Under the pieces are notes generated by a model that was not told the DNA's origin, ran no database searches, and was given only the letters and a program-made list of their open reading frames with translations. Shown in pieces: positions 9,151-19,007 of a stretch of 37,631 nucleotides of DNA; positions within the stretch are counted from its first letter, which is position 1; each line of letters begins with the position of its first letter. This DNA is from a virus (taxonomy: Duplodnaviria; Caudoviricetes). Where the stretch lies: IMG/VR virus record IMGVR_UViG_3300005611_000082, positions 1 through 37,631 of that record; one strand, written 5' to 3'. The translations under genes were made by a program, and so were the position numbers.

Positions 9151-11694
9151 ATGGCGGTTGCTGAAACTAATATAATTGTTAATGGGCAGAAGCTCCACAT
9201 ATTTCCTGATTATAAGATTGGGTTATCTCTTAATTATTCTGCTGGTTCTATTGAAGGCTTAGAAGCAGCGATATCAGATAGATTCGAGTTACCATTTGAC
9301 GACTACAACGCAGGGATATTAGGGGTTAATTTAGCCTCTTTAAGCGCAGGACAACGATTCGATTGCCAGATAGAAGATGAGGCTTCTAACACGATATATG
9401 ACGGCTATTTAGAGGTCGTTTCAGCCAATATACAGACACTTTATAAGTCGATAGAGGTAAGGTTCGTTGATAGGGTAAAACAATTCATAAACACCTTAAA
9501 AGACACCAAATTACACGAGCTGATTACAGCAGGTGAGTTCGACCATGACTTTCAGTTGGCTAAGCCAGCAGATACCTTTGGCGGAGTAGAGACATTGATT
9601 AGCAACTCCGACTTCGTGCGGTATGTATATACGGACTATAACGGATTTGATAACTTAAATGTTGCAGCCCTCCATAGATACAACGAGGACTTTGCAGGAG
9701 GAGATGGGATACAGCATTTGCAACCTGCGTTTAAGGTAAACGAATTTATTGACCGAATAGAGAACTTTACAGGGGAAACGATTAACTCTCAGTTCTTTGA
9801 TAACAGCATATCAGGGATAGACACTGACAAGTTGTACTTCCAGATGCCTATGAGGTATCATGGATTTAACACAGCACTGAGAGAAGACGAGGTTAGGTTG
9901 AAGTTTAAAAACCTATATATGCTTGCTGGCTTCCCAGAAGGCACGAGTATTAGTGGGAATATGCTTAATTATAAAAGAAGCAACGGAACTTACAGCCAAA
10001 ATCATATACGGACTGACGTAACAAACAACTTCGCCATATTTATGGAGCAGTCTGTTTACGAACCAAGCCCTATATTTACAAGCTACAAAAGCCTTGTCCT
10101 CAGGTCTGGGACTTATAAATTTTCAGGCTCTCTGACAGTCCCTGAATTAAACATAACATATATTGACCCCAGCACTCAAACTGTATCAATTTTTATTCAA
10201 GGTCTTCAATCTTTTACTGGTGATTTAACACTTAACTTAGCGGTTATCGTTAATGATGGTCAGCCAGAGTTAATTCCTGTAAAGACATACAACCATACAG
10301 ATTTCTCTACTTCAGCTTCCACTTCCGCTACGGTTGGTGGCGTTACATACTACAACTTCCTAAGGGCTGCATCTGACACTGTAAACTATGAGTCGGATGA
10401 CATAGAACTCAGAATGGGGGACAGAGTTCACTATGCTTGGGTTCTTACAGGAGAAGGCGAGGCATTTAATGTTGGAAGAGAAAACTCTACTGGGGCTACT
10501 CAGCTATTGCAAGGACTTTCTGTTTTTGATATGTCAAACACAAGCGGTTACTCCAATTTGGCATTCACGTTTGGAACATCAATTAATTCGCTTGGAGCTC
10601 CATTTACATTTACGAGTAGAAATATACTTAGCAGCTATTCAAATGGGGCATTATTAAATCACACATCAGTTGTTTCTGCTTCAAAAGAATATCCTTTAAT
10701 GGGAATACCCCAGTTCAGGCTTAGCCCATTCTTCACACTTACCTTTGACTACGAAGAGGTAGACTTTAAGGAGAACGTAAAAGCATTTGCAGATATATCT
10801 GTGTATGATATATTGATTGACATCATGGGTCGATTCAATATGGGAGGATGGTACAACCACTCAAATGGAGAGTTCTACTTCGATAACTTTGCAGAGCAGT
10901 TTATCCGCTCAGCAACAGCACAGAACATCAAGTCAAACTTTGATGATGATGAGATGCTTAGCATAGACTTGCAGTTGCCAAACGTTAAGAGCATCGAACT
11001 GCAAAACGAGAAAGGCGAAGCACAAGATGATATTGTTCTGTTGGATTACGCTTTCGGTACATATCCAAATGAAGTATTAGACCAAGATTCAGATGAAGAC
11101 CTGTCTTACTCTTCTACATTCTCTTTAGCAACAGGTACTAATTACGGAGAGGCTACGGAGCTTACAGACCCACTATCGCCTTCTGAGAAGTTCTTGCGCT
11201 TCTACTCTAAGAACCAAAACTTTCAGGTTAGCGACTATGGGATGAGGATAGGATTCTTGTCGGATGACACAAAGAAAATCACCGTAGGAACACCACATCC
11301 AGCTAACTTCTTTATAGCCAACTCTACCAACGTACACGACTTTGTGCGATATAAGGCAAGGCAGAATAGCGCGTTCATCCTGCCAACATTCCAGCAGATA
11401 GACCAAACTAACAACCTCACTTTAGAGTTTGCAATAGAGGAGAATGGAGTCTTGAACCCTGAGCCTGCAACTATAACCACTACCTACGAGAAGTTCTGGA
11501 AATGGTACGTTGAGAATATGTTCGGAACAGTAGGATTTGAGGGTAGCTTTGTATTCAGCAAGGCAGATATTAAAACACTATCTCCATTACAAACCTACGA
11601 CTTTGGATACGGAGACTGCATCATTGAGAGCATTGATTCCTTTGACCTAACACAAGAGAAAGATAAGGTTCGGATTAAACTGAGGAAGATATGA
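9151..11694 (+). CDS. Large tail tip/baseplate hub-like protein
   Basis: 847 aa, beta-rich; N-terminal S..FELP...N..IL pattern typical of siphovirus hub proteins; position. Confidence 0.65.
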   Translation: MAVAETNIIVNGQKLHIFPDYKIGLSLNYSAGSIEGLEAAISDRFELPFDDYNAGILGVNLASLSAGQRFDCQIEDEASNTIYDGYLEVVSANIQTLYKSIEVRFVDRVKQFINTLKDTKLHELITAGEFDHDFQLAKPADTFGGVETLISNSDFVRYVYTDYNGFDNLNVAALHRYNEDFAGGDGIQHLQPAFKVNEFIDRIENFTGETINSQFFDNSISGIDTDKLYFQMPMRYHGFNTALREDEVRLKFKNLYMLAGFPEGTSISGNMLNYKRSNGTYSQNHIRTDVTNNFAIFMEQSVYEPSPIFTSYKSLVLRSGTYKFSGSLTVPELNITYIDPSTQTVSIFIQGLQSFTGDLTLNLAVIVNDGQPELIPVKTYNHTDFSTSASTSATVGGVTYYNFLRAASDTVNYESDDIELRMGDRVHYAWVLTGEGEAFNVGRENSTGATQLLQGLSVFDMSNTSGYSNLAFTFGTSINSLGAPFTFTSRNILSSYSNGALLNHTSVVSASKEYPLMGIPQFRLSPFFTLTFDYEEVDFKENVKAFADISVYDILIDIMGRFNMGGWYNHSNGEFYFDNFAEQFIRSATAQNIKSNFDDDEMLSIDLQLPNVKSIELQNEKGEAQDDIVLLDYAFGTYPNEVLDQDSDEDLSYSSTFSLATGTNYGEATELTDPLSPSEKFLRFYSKNQNFQVSDYGMRIGFLSDDTKKITVGTPHPANFFIANSTNVHDFVRYKARQNSAFILPTFQQIDQTNNLTLEFAIEENGVLNPEPATITTTYEKFWKWYVENMFGTVGFEGSFVFSKADIKTLSPLQTYDFGYGDCIIESIDSFDLTQEKDKVRIKLRKI

Positions 11695-13343
11695 CATTAA
11701 ACAACTTCAACAATAAGGCGGAGAGAGGCGTAGCTGAATACTATGCAGGTACTATGCAGCCTCTCGGAGTCCATAGTAGCGCAAGTGATTTGTCTTACGA
11801 TACTACTTCAAACATAGTACCCAAGCATAGGCGCGCAACAACTTATTTTGACTACATAACTTATTGCAACAAATCTGCTTCCACTGGATTCAACATCTAT
11901 ATAGATAATGGGATAAAGCAGTCAGTTGTAAACATAAAATTGCTCGGCTCTTTAACCACGCATGAGTTCGCTGGTGATTGGCATTTGGTGTCTACTGATA
12001 ACGGAATAAGGTATTTCTTTACAGTTCTCAATACATCAGGCTCAGGCTATGTGTCAGGAATACAATATGGGGAAATAGAGATATCATCAGCAGGAGTTAT
12101 AACAGAGTTATACAACCTTTATAGAGGCATGACTTCCGTAGCCTCATCTACAAACGATAAGTGTGCATTTATTGACGTAGCAGATGATGTGTATCTGATA
12201 AAGAATGAAGGAGGATTTCTTGGTCTTTATAATGCGTACTTTGCAGGAGTTGAAGATGAAGTTACTCAGCCAACATTAAAAGGCGTATTATTGGCAGGAG
12301 AAGGCGGGGAAACATTAAATGAAAACTTGTGGGGGATATCCTCGTTCGATTCTTCAAAGAACTTTATTATAGCTCAAGGGTCTTCAGGCTCTTACGGATT
12401 TAGTGTAGATGGCTCAACCGATGATTACTCAAAAGTTTTTGTTAAACCATCCCAGAAGCAGTTGTTGGATTCAGATGAAGATGATTTCTATTCGCTACCA
12501 TGCACCCTATTAGCGACAGGGCTTGATGTTTTTTCAATGCCTATTGCAGAGTATAATATATTCAGGAGTCCTGCAACAGATGGCGATGAAACGCCTCTAT
12601 GGCATACAGAAGGAAATGGATTAGCATTCACTGATACAGCAGATGAATATGTGAGCCTAATAAAAGGCAGTGTTTCGAGTTGGGCTACCTCTTCTCCGCT
12701 AAGCTATTATGCTTGGTTTGATGTAGACGGTACAAGAGCCTACTACAATTACTTCGACTCATCCGACCAGTATTACAAGACCCTGTCGATGATAGACGGG
12801 TATGTATCAACATATAAAGGGATAAGGCAGAAAGACTTTGACTCGGACTATGCTCCAGTAATGATTCCAGTACAGAATCAGAAAGACTACTTCATAACTT
12901 ATTATGGCGTAGATTCAGGAGTGCAATACTTTTATCGTACAAAGACCATTCCTAACATTATAGAGAACGATAAAGGGATATTCTATCCCCAGTTCTTAGG
13001 CGAGGAAGAAGGTAGCATAACATTAGATGAAGCTAATTATTTTCGTTACGAAAGGATTGGGAATATAGTCCATGTCTTTGGCGTAGTAGAGGTAGCCTCT
13101 TCTACTGGAGTAGGAGCGTTAAAGATGAACAACTTACCATACCCCATATCGAACGAGTTCACAGACGTAGACTTCACCCTCGACCAAGCATTTCTAAAGC
13201 TAACTCCTATTAAGAAGTCAGGCTCGGACTATTACACCTTATACTTCTGCACTTCACAGTCAGACCATACGCTTACATCAGTTGCAACAGCAGTTGCTCT
13301 AACTACAAGGTGGGTGTTTAACTTTAGATATATGACGAATTAA
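11691..13343 (+). CDS. Putative tail fibre/receptor-binding protein
   Basis: 550 aa, S/T/Y/G-rich; C-terminal YERIGNIVHV...NLPY segment common in fibre tips. Confidence 0.6.
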   Translation: MTLNNFNNKAERGVAEYYAGTMQPLGVHSSASDLSYDTTSNIVPKHRRATTYFDYITYCNKSASTGFNIYIDNGIKQSVVNIKLLGSLTTHEFAGDWHLVSTDNGIRYFFTVLNTSGSGYVSGIQYGEIEISSAGVITELYNLYRGMTSVASSTNDKCAFIDVADDVYLIKNEGGFLGLYNAYFAGVEDEVTQPTLKGVLLAGEGGETLNENLWGISSFDSSKNFIIAQGSSGSYGFSVDGSTDDYSKVFVKPSQKQLLDSDEDDFYSLPCTLLATGLDVFSMPIAEYNIFRSPATDGDETPLWHTEGNGLAFTDTADEYVSLIKGSVSSWATSSPLSYYAWFDVDGTRAYYNYFDSSDQYYKTLSMIDGYVSTYKGIRQKDFDSDYAPVMIPVQNQKDYFITYYGVDSGVQYFYRTKTIPNIIENDKGIFYPQFLGEEEGSITLDEANYFRYERIGNIVHVFGVVEVASSTGVGALKMNNLPYPISNEFTDVDFTLDQAFLKLTPIKKSGSDYYTLYFCTSQSDHTLTSVATAVALTTRWVFNFRYMTN

Positions 13344-13360
13344 TTCGTATATAAAAGGTA
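13341..13360 (+). promoter_or_regulatory. Putative late promoter, probably giving a leaderless mRNA
   Basis: TAATTCGTATAT-AAAAGGT-ATG. Confidence 0.7.
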
Positions 13361-13698
13361 TGGCTGAGAAAACATATAGCGACTACCCAGAGAGTGCTAC
13401 CAACAACGCTAAGAAGGCGTTGAAGTGGCGTGAGGAGTACGGAGATGAAGTTAAGGGCGGCACAAGGGTTGGTTGGACAAGAGCCAATCAATTAGCGAGT
13501 AGAGAGCCTCTATCGAGGTCTACGGTTGCTCGTATGGCAGCTTTTAATCGCCATAGAGAGAACAGTAAGATAGACCCTAAGTACAAGTCAGAGCCTTGGA
13601 AAGATAGGGGATATGTGGCTTGGTTGATCTGGGGAGGAACTTCAGGTGTAAACTGGGCTATAAATAAAATGGAACAAATACGAAAAGGTAATGCGTGA
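13360..13698 (+). CDS. Conserved head-module protein of unknown function
   Basis: YSDYP..A.NNA..AL, GT.VG..RA.QLA and W..WGG motifs, which I recall next to or fused with XkdF-type proteases. Confidence 0.7.
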   Translation: MAEKTYSDYPESATNNAKKALKWREEYGDEVKGGTRVGWTRANQLASREPLSRSTVARMAAFNRHRENSKIDPKYKSEPWKDRGYVAWLIWGGTSGVNWAINKMEQIRKGNA

Positions 13699-14752
13699 TT
13701 ATCCTATTTACGATATTGCCATAGACAAAGAGGACTACTCTGAGCATGGAGTATTCACCGTATCATTGGTGAACAAGCCTGCCATCAAGTCTAACTTTGT
13801 TTATATGAGCGATGAAGAACGTACTGCGCTATACACATTTGCAGACGAAGAAAGAGGTGAAATCGTTGGAGCGATGCTTATCCCCAACCAACTTATTCAA
13901 AGATATTCAGAGGAGCTTGGGGTATATTATATCCGCTTCACAGAAGAGACAATCAAAGACATCCAATACAAGATGAGTAAGGATGGCTTCTTTAACTACT
14001 TCAACATAGAGCATAGCTTCGGAGCTGATGGCGTTTATATGTTGGAGACTTGGATTAAAGAAGACGAACAAGACAAGTCCAATAAATACGGATTTGACCT
14101 TCCAGTAGGTACTATGTTTATGAAAGCAAAGATAGACGATGAGTACATCAAGGAAGGAGTTAAAAACGGAGACCTTAACGGTTTCAGTGTCGAATTAAAA
14201 TCAAAATTAATACCAACAATGGAAAAAGAACAGAAGTTCTCGGACACTATTGAGGAGTTGGGCAACCAAGTTGCTGAGCTTACGCTAACGGTATCTGAGT
14301 TAAATAAAGCAGTTGGACTGTTCGCACAAATGCTTGAACTGTCTGAACAAAAAGAAGAATCAAATGAGCCAATCGAGGAGACTGAAGAGAGCCTTTCAGA
14401 GGAAGGTGGACAAGGAGTTGAGGAATCACCTGAGGCAGAAGTTTCAGGAGAAGATTCAGGAGAACAAGTTGTCGAAGAACCAGTAGAGGAGATGGCTAAC
14501 GAGGTCTTTGAAGAAGAAGTTTCTGCTCCTGAGGAAGCGGTTGCTGAGGTTACTGAAGAGGTAACTGAAGAGATGTCTTCTGAGGAAGTAGAGGTTGAGT
14601 TGTCCGAAGAGGAAGCTGAGCAGACTCTTTTATCTGAGCAAGAAGGCGAGGAGAAAGAGGAAGAGCAAAAGGTAGTGCATACCTTGAATCGTACTGACGC
14701 TTCTTTCTACAAGAAACTTGACGCTTTCCTTAAAAACCCTTACAAACGATAA
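13691..14752 (+). CDS. XkdF-like prohead serine protease with a C-terminal acidic scaffold region
   Basis: VSLVNKPAI, LIPN..I.R, NIEH, LPVGT and GFSVE motifs; Glu-rich C-terminal half. Confidence 0.85.
   Translation: MRDYPIYDIAIDKEDYSEHGVFTVSLVNKPAIKSNFVYMSDEERTALYTFADEERGEIVGAMLIPNQLIQRYSEELGVYYIRFTEETIKDIQYKMSKDGFFNYFNIEHSFGADGVYMLETWIKEDEQDKSNKYGFDLPVGTMFMKAKIDDEYIKEGVKNGDLNGFSVELKSKLIPTMEKEQKFSDTIEELGNQVAELTLTVSELNKAVGLFAQMLELSEQKEESNEPIEETEESLSEEGGQGVEESPEAEVSGEDSGEQVVEEPVEEMANEVFEEEVSAPEEAVAEVTEEVTEEMSSEEVEVELSEEEAEQTLLSEQEGEEKEEEQKVVHTLNRTDASFYKKLDAFLKNPYKR
14219..14752 (+). CDS. Probable nested in-frame scaffold protein (177 aa)
   Basis: In-frame ATG right after the GFSVE motif, preceded by A-rich AAATCAAAATTAATACCAACA. 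Confidence 0.5.
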   Translation: MEKEQKFSDTIEELGNQVAELTLTVSELNKAVGLFAQMLELSEQKEESNEPIEETEESLSEEGGQGVEESPEAEVSGEDSGEQVVEEPVEEMANEVFEEEVSAPEEAVAEVTEEVTEEMSSEEVEVELSEEEAEQTLLSEQEGEEKEEEQKVVHTLNRTDASFYKKLDAFLKNPYKR

Positions 14753-14755
14753 GAA

Positions 14756-15022
14756 ATGGCTAAGTTCGTAAACCCTATCGAGCCGAATCAATCCATCTAC
14801 AACGCATCTAAGTGGGTTGCTGCAACACCTAATGACTCTACCGACCTAACGGATATGGCTAACGCTATCTACGTTGGAACGGGAGGCGATTTGCGTATTG
14901 CTGGTGAGGATGGAAACGATGAGGTATTCAAAAATGTCCCTGACGGATTCATCTTCGCAGGTCGCATCACTCGTGTGTATTCTACCAATACTACGGCTGA
15001 TGATTTAATCTTAATCTATTAA
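14756..15022 (+). CDS. Head spike base protein (RcGTA Rcc01079-like)
   Basis: TPNDSTDL..A.AIYVGTGGDL...V.F.NVP.G...RVY.T.TTA pattern; 88 aa. Confidence 0.8.
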   Translation: MAKFVNPIEPNQSIYNASKWVAATPNDSTDLTDMANAIYVGTGGDLRIAGEDGNDEVFKNVPDGFIFAGRITRVYSTNTTADDLILIY

Positions 15023-15039
15023 TTCGTATATAACTACTA
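15020..15039 (+). promoter_or_regulatory. Putative late promoter for the capsid operon
   Basis: TAATTCGTATATAACTACTA. Confidence 0.65.
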
Positions 15040-15052
15040 AATTTCAATAACA

Positions 15053-15241
15053 ATGGCTGACGTAACACTTGGTAAAAAGAAAAATCTACTTAAAGTAGGT
15101 GCTGCTGAGGAAGTAGAAGTGCTTAACGGTACTGACACAGTAAAACTTATTTTCGTAGATGATTACTCTAAACTCGGTTTGGAAGTAACTACTGCTGCTG
15201 GAGCAACTACCGTATATGAGGTATCACTCACAGAGCGTTAA
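15053..15241 (+). CDS. Small virion protein (possible capsid decoration)
   Basis: 62 aa, beta-rich, codon usage like the capsid gene, directly upstream of it. Confidence 0.55.
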   Translation: MADVTLGKKKNLLKVGAAEEVEVLNGTDTVKLIFVDDYSKLGLEVTTAAGATTVYEVSLTER

Positions 15242-15271
15242 TTTAACAGAAACTAATAAAACTTATATAAC

Positions 15272-16171
15272 ATGGCTTTAAGTGTAGCTGCTGGTTTAGA
15301 ATGGCATAATCGGAAACCAGAAGAATTTATCGACCAGATTGTAAAGTCTGCTCGTATCGTAAACGACTTCACCCTCGTAGATGGTGTTAAGTCAAAAGTA
15401 GCTCTTCCTATTTATGGTGCTACTCTCTCATTCGGAAGCGACCTTTGTACTTTCGACCCACAATCCGCTGCTGAGATTGATGAGAAAGAAATGTCGGTAT
15501 CGACTTTCAAGTGGGATTTTGTAAACTGCAAGAACGTATTGGAGAGCGAGTATCGCTCAATGATGCTTCGTCAAGGTCAGTTGAACGAAGAAGTAATGGA
15601 TGCTGACTTCGCTGACTGGGTATTTGACTACTTCGCTAAATTAGTAGGTTCTAAAGTATTGGCTGAGGCTGGAACTCAGTTGGTAGATGCTATCGAGAAC
15701 GGAGCTGATGCTGCTTCAGTAAACACTGACACCATCTCTGCTATTGATGAGTCTAACATCTTGGCTGCTTTGGAAACTGGTTATAAAGCAATGCCTGCTG
15801 ATGTATTAGCTGCTGTATATGGCGATGCTGACCGTTCTTTCTTGCCAACTATCTACTTGGGAACTGCTGCTTTCCAAGCGTATCAGTTGGCTATCGCTGA
15901 CAAGTACACTCAGACTCCTGAGGGTATCATTCGTGGCGAAATCCCAACTTACTTGGGAATGCCTGTTGTTCACTTCGCTTCGTTGCCTGCGGATACAGTT
16001 ATCATGACTCCTCCTCGCAACCTTGTAATGCTTACTGATGACTTTGCAGATACTACTGCAATTCAGAATGAGTATGAGGCTCGTGTGAACAGCTTGTATG
16101 TTTGGGGACAATTTAAGTTAGGATTCGACTTCAAGAACCCTGCTCACATTGTTTACTTGACAACTGCCTGA
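15272..16171 (+). CDS. Major capsid protein
   Basis: 299 aa; biased high-expression codons; downstream of protease/scaffold and followed by a strong terminator; GVKSK..LP and YLGMPV...L....V.....NL patterns. Confidence 0.85.
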   Translation: MALSVAAGLEWHNRKPEEFIDQIVKSARIVNDFTLVDGVKSKVALPIYGATLSFGSDLCTFDPQSAAEIDEKEMSVSTFKWDFVNCKNVLESEYRSMMLRQGQLNEEVMDADFADWVFDYFAKLVGSKVLAEAGTQLVDAIENGADAASVNTDTISAIDESNILAALETGYKAMPADVLAAVYGDADRSFLPTIYLGTAAFQAYQLAIADKYTQTPEGIIRGEIPTYLGMPVVHFASLPADTVIMTPPRNLVMLTDDFADTTAIQNEYEARVNSLYVWGQFKLGFDFKNPAHIVYLTTA

Positions 16172-16180
16172 TAATAGAAT

Positions 16181-16204
16181 AGGGGAGGTTATCCTCCCCT
16201 TTTT
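16181..16204 (+). terminator. Rho-independent terminator after the capsid gene
   Basis: AGGGGAGG-TTAT-CCTCCCCT followed by TTTT. Confidence 0.9.
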
Positions 16205-16237
16205 CTTCTAATTACGAACTTATAAAACTTATATAAA

Positions 16238-16831
16238 ATGGCGTGTACTCCACAAGCTGCCCTTCAGGGCATCACTTATGACTGTGCGAATATCATTGGA
16301 GGCATCAAGTCTCTCTATGTTGGCTACAAGAAAGGAGCAGCTACCATCGGTGGCTTCGAGGGTCTTGGTAGCGTTTTAATCGAACGAGACTATACTGCTG
16401 CCGATTATGGTACAATAGACGTATCATCAGCTACTGCTGACCCCAATGGTACTACCTTCTATGAGGTAGAATTTAATACTAAAGATGGTGTGTCTGTATT
16501 TACTGATGTTGTAACCATCGCTGCTGATGGCACTAAAGAGGTTGTTCCTACTATCATGGTAGAAGTACCTTTGATGAGCGTTAGCAATATGCAAGCCCTT
16601 GCTGACATGAGTCAAGCGGGAGTTGAGCTTGTTGCTTTGGTTGGAACTGCTGCTGGAACTTATCACTTGGTAGGTGCTGATTTCGGTCTTTATGCTGCAA
16701 GCATTGACGGTACTTCAGGAACTGGTCGTTCAGAGAAAAACCGTTACCAACTTACTTTGACAGGTTCGGAAGGAGAATTGGCTTACCAATTCCTCAACGA
16801 GGCTGACTTCAACACTATGGCTGCGTTCTAA
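16238..16831 (+). CDS. Major tail tube protein
   Basis: MAC...I..DC...GGIK start, G..G....N.Y.LTLTG.E C-terminus; high-expression codons. Confidence 0.75.
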   Translation: MACTPQAALQGITYDCANIIGGIKSLYVGYKKGAATIGGFEGLGSVLIERDYTAADYGTIDVSSATADPNGTTFYEVEFNTKDGVSVFTDVVTIAADGTKEVVPTIMVEVPLMSVSNMQALADMSQAGVELVALVGTAAGTYHLVGADFGLYAASIDGTSGTGRSEKNRYQLTLTGSEGELAYQFLNEADFNTMAAF

Positions 16832-16854
16832 TTAGCACCCACAGTTAATATATT

Positions 16855-16880
16855 AGCCCTGCCTTATGGCGGGGCTTTTT
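16855..16880 (+). terminator. Rho-independent terminator after the tail tube gene
   Basis: AGCCCTGCC-TTAT-GGCGGGGCT-TTTT. Confidence 0.9.
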
Positions 16881-16895
16881 CGTATATAAAGGGTA
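16878..16895 (+). promoter_or_regulatory. Putative late promoter overlapping the terminator T-run, leaderless
   Basis: TTTCGTATAT-AAAGGGT-ATG. Confidence 0.7.
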
Positions 16896-17314
16896 TGAAA
16901 CGATTAAGCAAAACAGGCATTCAATACTTAACATTCGTTAAGGACAAAGACTTTGTTACAGATGGTCTGTTCACGCTAATCTTCTATAAGACAGTGGGAG
17001 ATGAAGTCTTAACTATATCATCGTTATCTGACGAGAACGGTCTTCCGAACTGCTTTCCTTACATTACTCTTGAGGTAGACTTGGATACTTATTCCCTTGC
17101 CTACGGAGAGCATTTGGTGGAGTTGCAGTACAACGGAAGTACATACGTTAATGCCTTGATAGAAGTATTTGATGGATTACCTGATGCCGAAGGGGGGAGT
17201 GATGCTTATCGTAATGTAGTTAAACTTAAAAGCCTACCTACCTATAACGACCATCTCTTGATGGAGGATGGATTCCATTTGTTATTGGAGGATGGTAATG
17301 AAATTGAAATCTGA
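16895..17314 (+). CDS. Virion structural protein (possible head-tail connector) with repeated LL.EDG C-terminal motif
   Basis: Position between tail tube and portal genes; LLMEDGFHLLLEDG. Confidence 0.5.
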   Translation: MKRLSKTGIQYLTFVKDKDFVTDGLFTLIFYKTVGDEVLTISSLSDENGLPNCFPYITLEVDLDTYSLAYGEHLVELQYNGSTYVNALIEVFDGLPDAEGGSDAYRNVVKLKSLPTYNDHLLMEDGFHLLLEDGNEIEI

Positions 17315-17739
17315 TGGCAGATAAAAAGATTAGTGAGTTAGTAGAGCTATCTACTCCAGTACAATCTGATGTTGTCCCTATCGTTGATAGTGCTACGACA
17401 AAGAAGATTACCTTAAAGAACCTTGTGCGCACTCCTGTGGTTGCAGCAGGCAACGTTACAGGCTCTCTAACGGTAGATTTAAGCACTGGTAATGTGTTTA
17501 CTTTCACGCTGACTGGAAATGTCGATGTAACGCTTCAAAATGCGTTAGACGGGGAGAAGTTCTACTTTATCGTAACCAATGCAGACTCTCACAACGTAGA
17601 CTCGATTGCTGTAACAGGCGGTACATTCTACGGAGTAGGGTCTACTGTCCCCAATGTAACCAACAACGGCATTGATGTATTTGAGGCTATTTGCGTAGGC
17701 TCTGATATCTATATGTGGACTCATAAAAACATGGGATAA
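17314..17739 (+). CDS. Fibre/decoration-like virion protein
   Basis: MADKKISEL...D..PIVD..TKKIT N-terminus common in phage fibres; beta-rich C-terminal domain. Confidence 0.6.
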   Translation: MADKKISELVELSTPVQSDVVPIVDSATTKKITLKNLVRTPVVAAGNVTGSLTVDLSTGNVFTFTLTGNVDVTLQNALDGEKFYFIVTNADSHNVDSIAVTGGTFYGVGSTVPNVTNNGIDVFEAICVGSDIYMWTHKNMG

Positions 17740-19007
17740 TGGGACTACTCGACAATGTACGGAGCAACCTATCCGAATGGCTTAATCCTAAGCCTTCTAT
17801 GGGCGTTTCTGCCTCCACTAATACTACACCATCAAATCCATTAGTTAAGTCCTTAGAGGAGCTTAATGGGCGTTATCACGTTCGTAGGACATCAGATGGC
17901 TTTGAGTACATCCGCTTTGGGCGGAATGATGATGTCCCTGAGGTGATAGACAAGCTGAGAATGCAGTCTACTACCCACGCAGGTATCATCGTAAAGAAGG
18001 CTAAGATGGTAGCTGGGAACTCGATGGAGTTCAATGAGGATGATATCCGCAGAGGGATGAAGACGATGTTCAATGCCTTCTATAAGAACTGCGAGAGCCA
18101 AGGTAATGGCATCCGTAAGGTGTTTAAAGATATGGCATTCCACTTCGATAACTACGGAGGGGTATATCTCTACATCAAATGGAACGATAAGAAAGACCGC
18201 ATCATACAGATGAAGGCTCTTCCCTATAACTCGGTTCGAGTAGGATTGTTGAACTCTAAGAACGAGGCAGACCACTTCATCGTGCGTAGAACCTTCAAGA
18301 GAGGTACTGAGGGATTGATGAATAATGCAGCTCGTAGGATTAACGCCTACAAGAAAGGTAGTGCCAACAAGGAAGAGATTATTTACATTAAAAACCCCTA
18401 CTCTACGGTTGATATCTACTCCGTTCCTAACTACCTGTCCGCTTACTACTTCATCTCTTCTGACTTCGAGTTTGGACAGCATATCTTAAACACTACTCGC
18501 AACGGATTCAGTCCTAAGGTACTGGCTTCGTTTATAGGTCGAAATATGACCGATGAGCAGAAGCGGGAAGAGGCAGACCGCTTCAAAGAGAACTTCACAG
18601 GTACAGATGGTGAGCAGGTGCTTATCTCTTGGGTGAAGAAGGAAGAGGAGATTCCCAAGTTTACTGTACTTGATACAAAGAACTTAGACAAGGTTGTAGC
18701 TACTATGGCGGAGTTAGCCGATAACAAGATTCTAACGGCTCACAACATCACTTCTCCTGCCCTGTTTGGTGTTACACGCTCAGGCAAGCTAAACTCCTCT
18801 ACGGATGAGATGAGAGCGGGATTCAATATGTTCCGAGCTACGGAGACATTGCCTACTCGTGAGTTGCTGTTGAGCAAGTTAAATGATGTGATGGAGATTT
18901 CAGGATACGGAGACATCCAGTTCGAGATTGTAGACATTGATACAGACCCTGATACTGATACTGCTGTAACTGAAGATACCGTAGACCCTAAAACTATACA
19001 ACAATGA
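17739..19007 (+). CDS. Portal protein
   Basis: 422 aa; FG.ND..P, S.TH..II..K..M..G, Y..P.Y, NGFSP and ILTAH.I.SP.LFG motifs. Confidence 0.9.
   Translation: MGLLDNVRSNLSEWLNPKPSMGVSASTNTTPSNPLVKSLEELNGRYHVRRTSDGFEYIRFGRNDDVPEVIDKLRMQSTTHAGIIVKKAKMVAGNSMEFNEDDIRRGMKTMFNAFYKNCESQGNGIRKVFKDMAFHFDNYGGVYLYIKWNDKKDRIIQMKALPYNSVRVGLLNSKNEADHFIVRRTFKRGTEGLMNNAARRINAYKKGSANKEEIIYIKNPYSTVDIYSVPNYLSAYYFISSDFEFGQHILNTTRNGFSPKVLASFIGRNMTDEQKREEADRFKENFTGTDGEQVLISWVKKEEEIPKFTVLDTKNLDKVVATMAELADNKILTAHNITSPALFGVTRSGKLNSSTDEMRAGFNMFRATETLPTRELLLSKLNDVMEISGYGDIQFEIVDIDTDPDTDTAVTEDTVDPKTIQQ

Noticed and set aside
17892-18482. 196-aa antisense ORF in the portal gene, and similar shadow ORFs (3985..4404, 5832..6248, 15806..16111, 22697..23056, 27690..28004, 28345..28656)
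   Set aside because: Antisense to well-supported genes, no motifs; explained by codon bias
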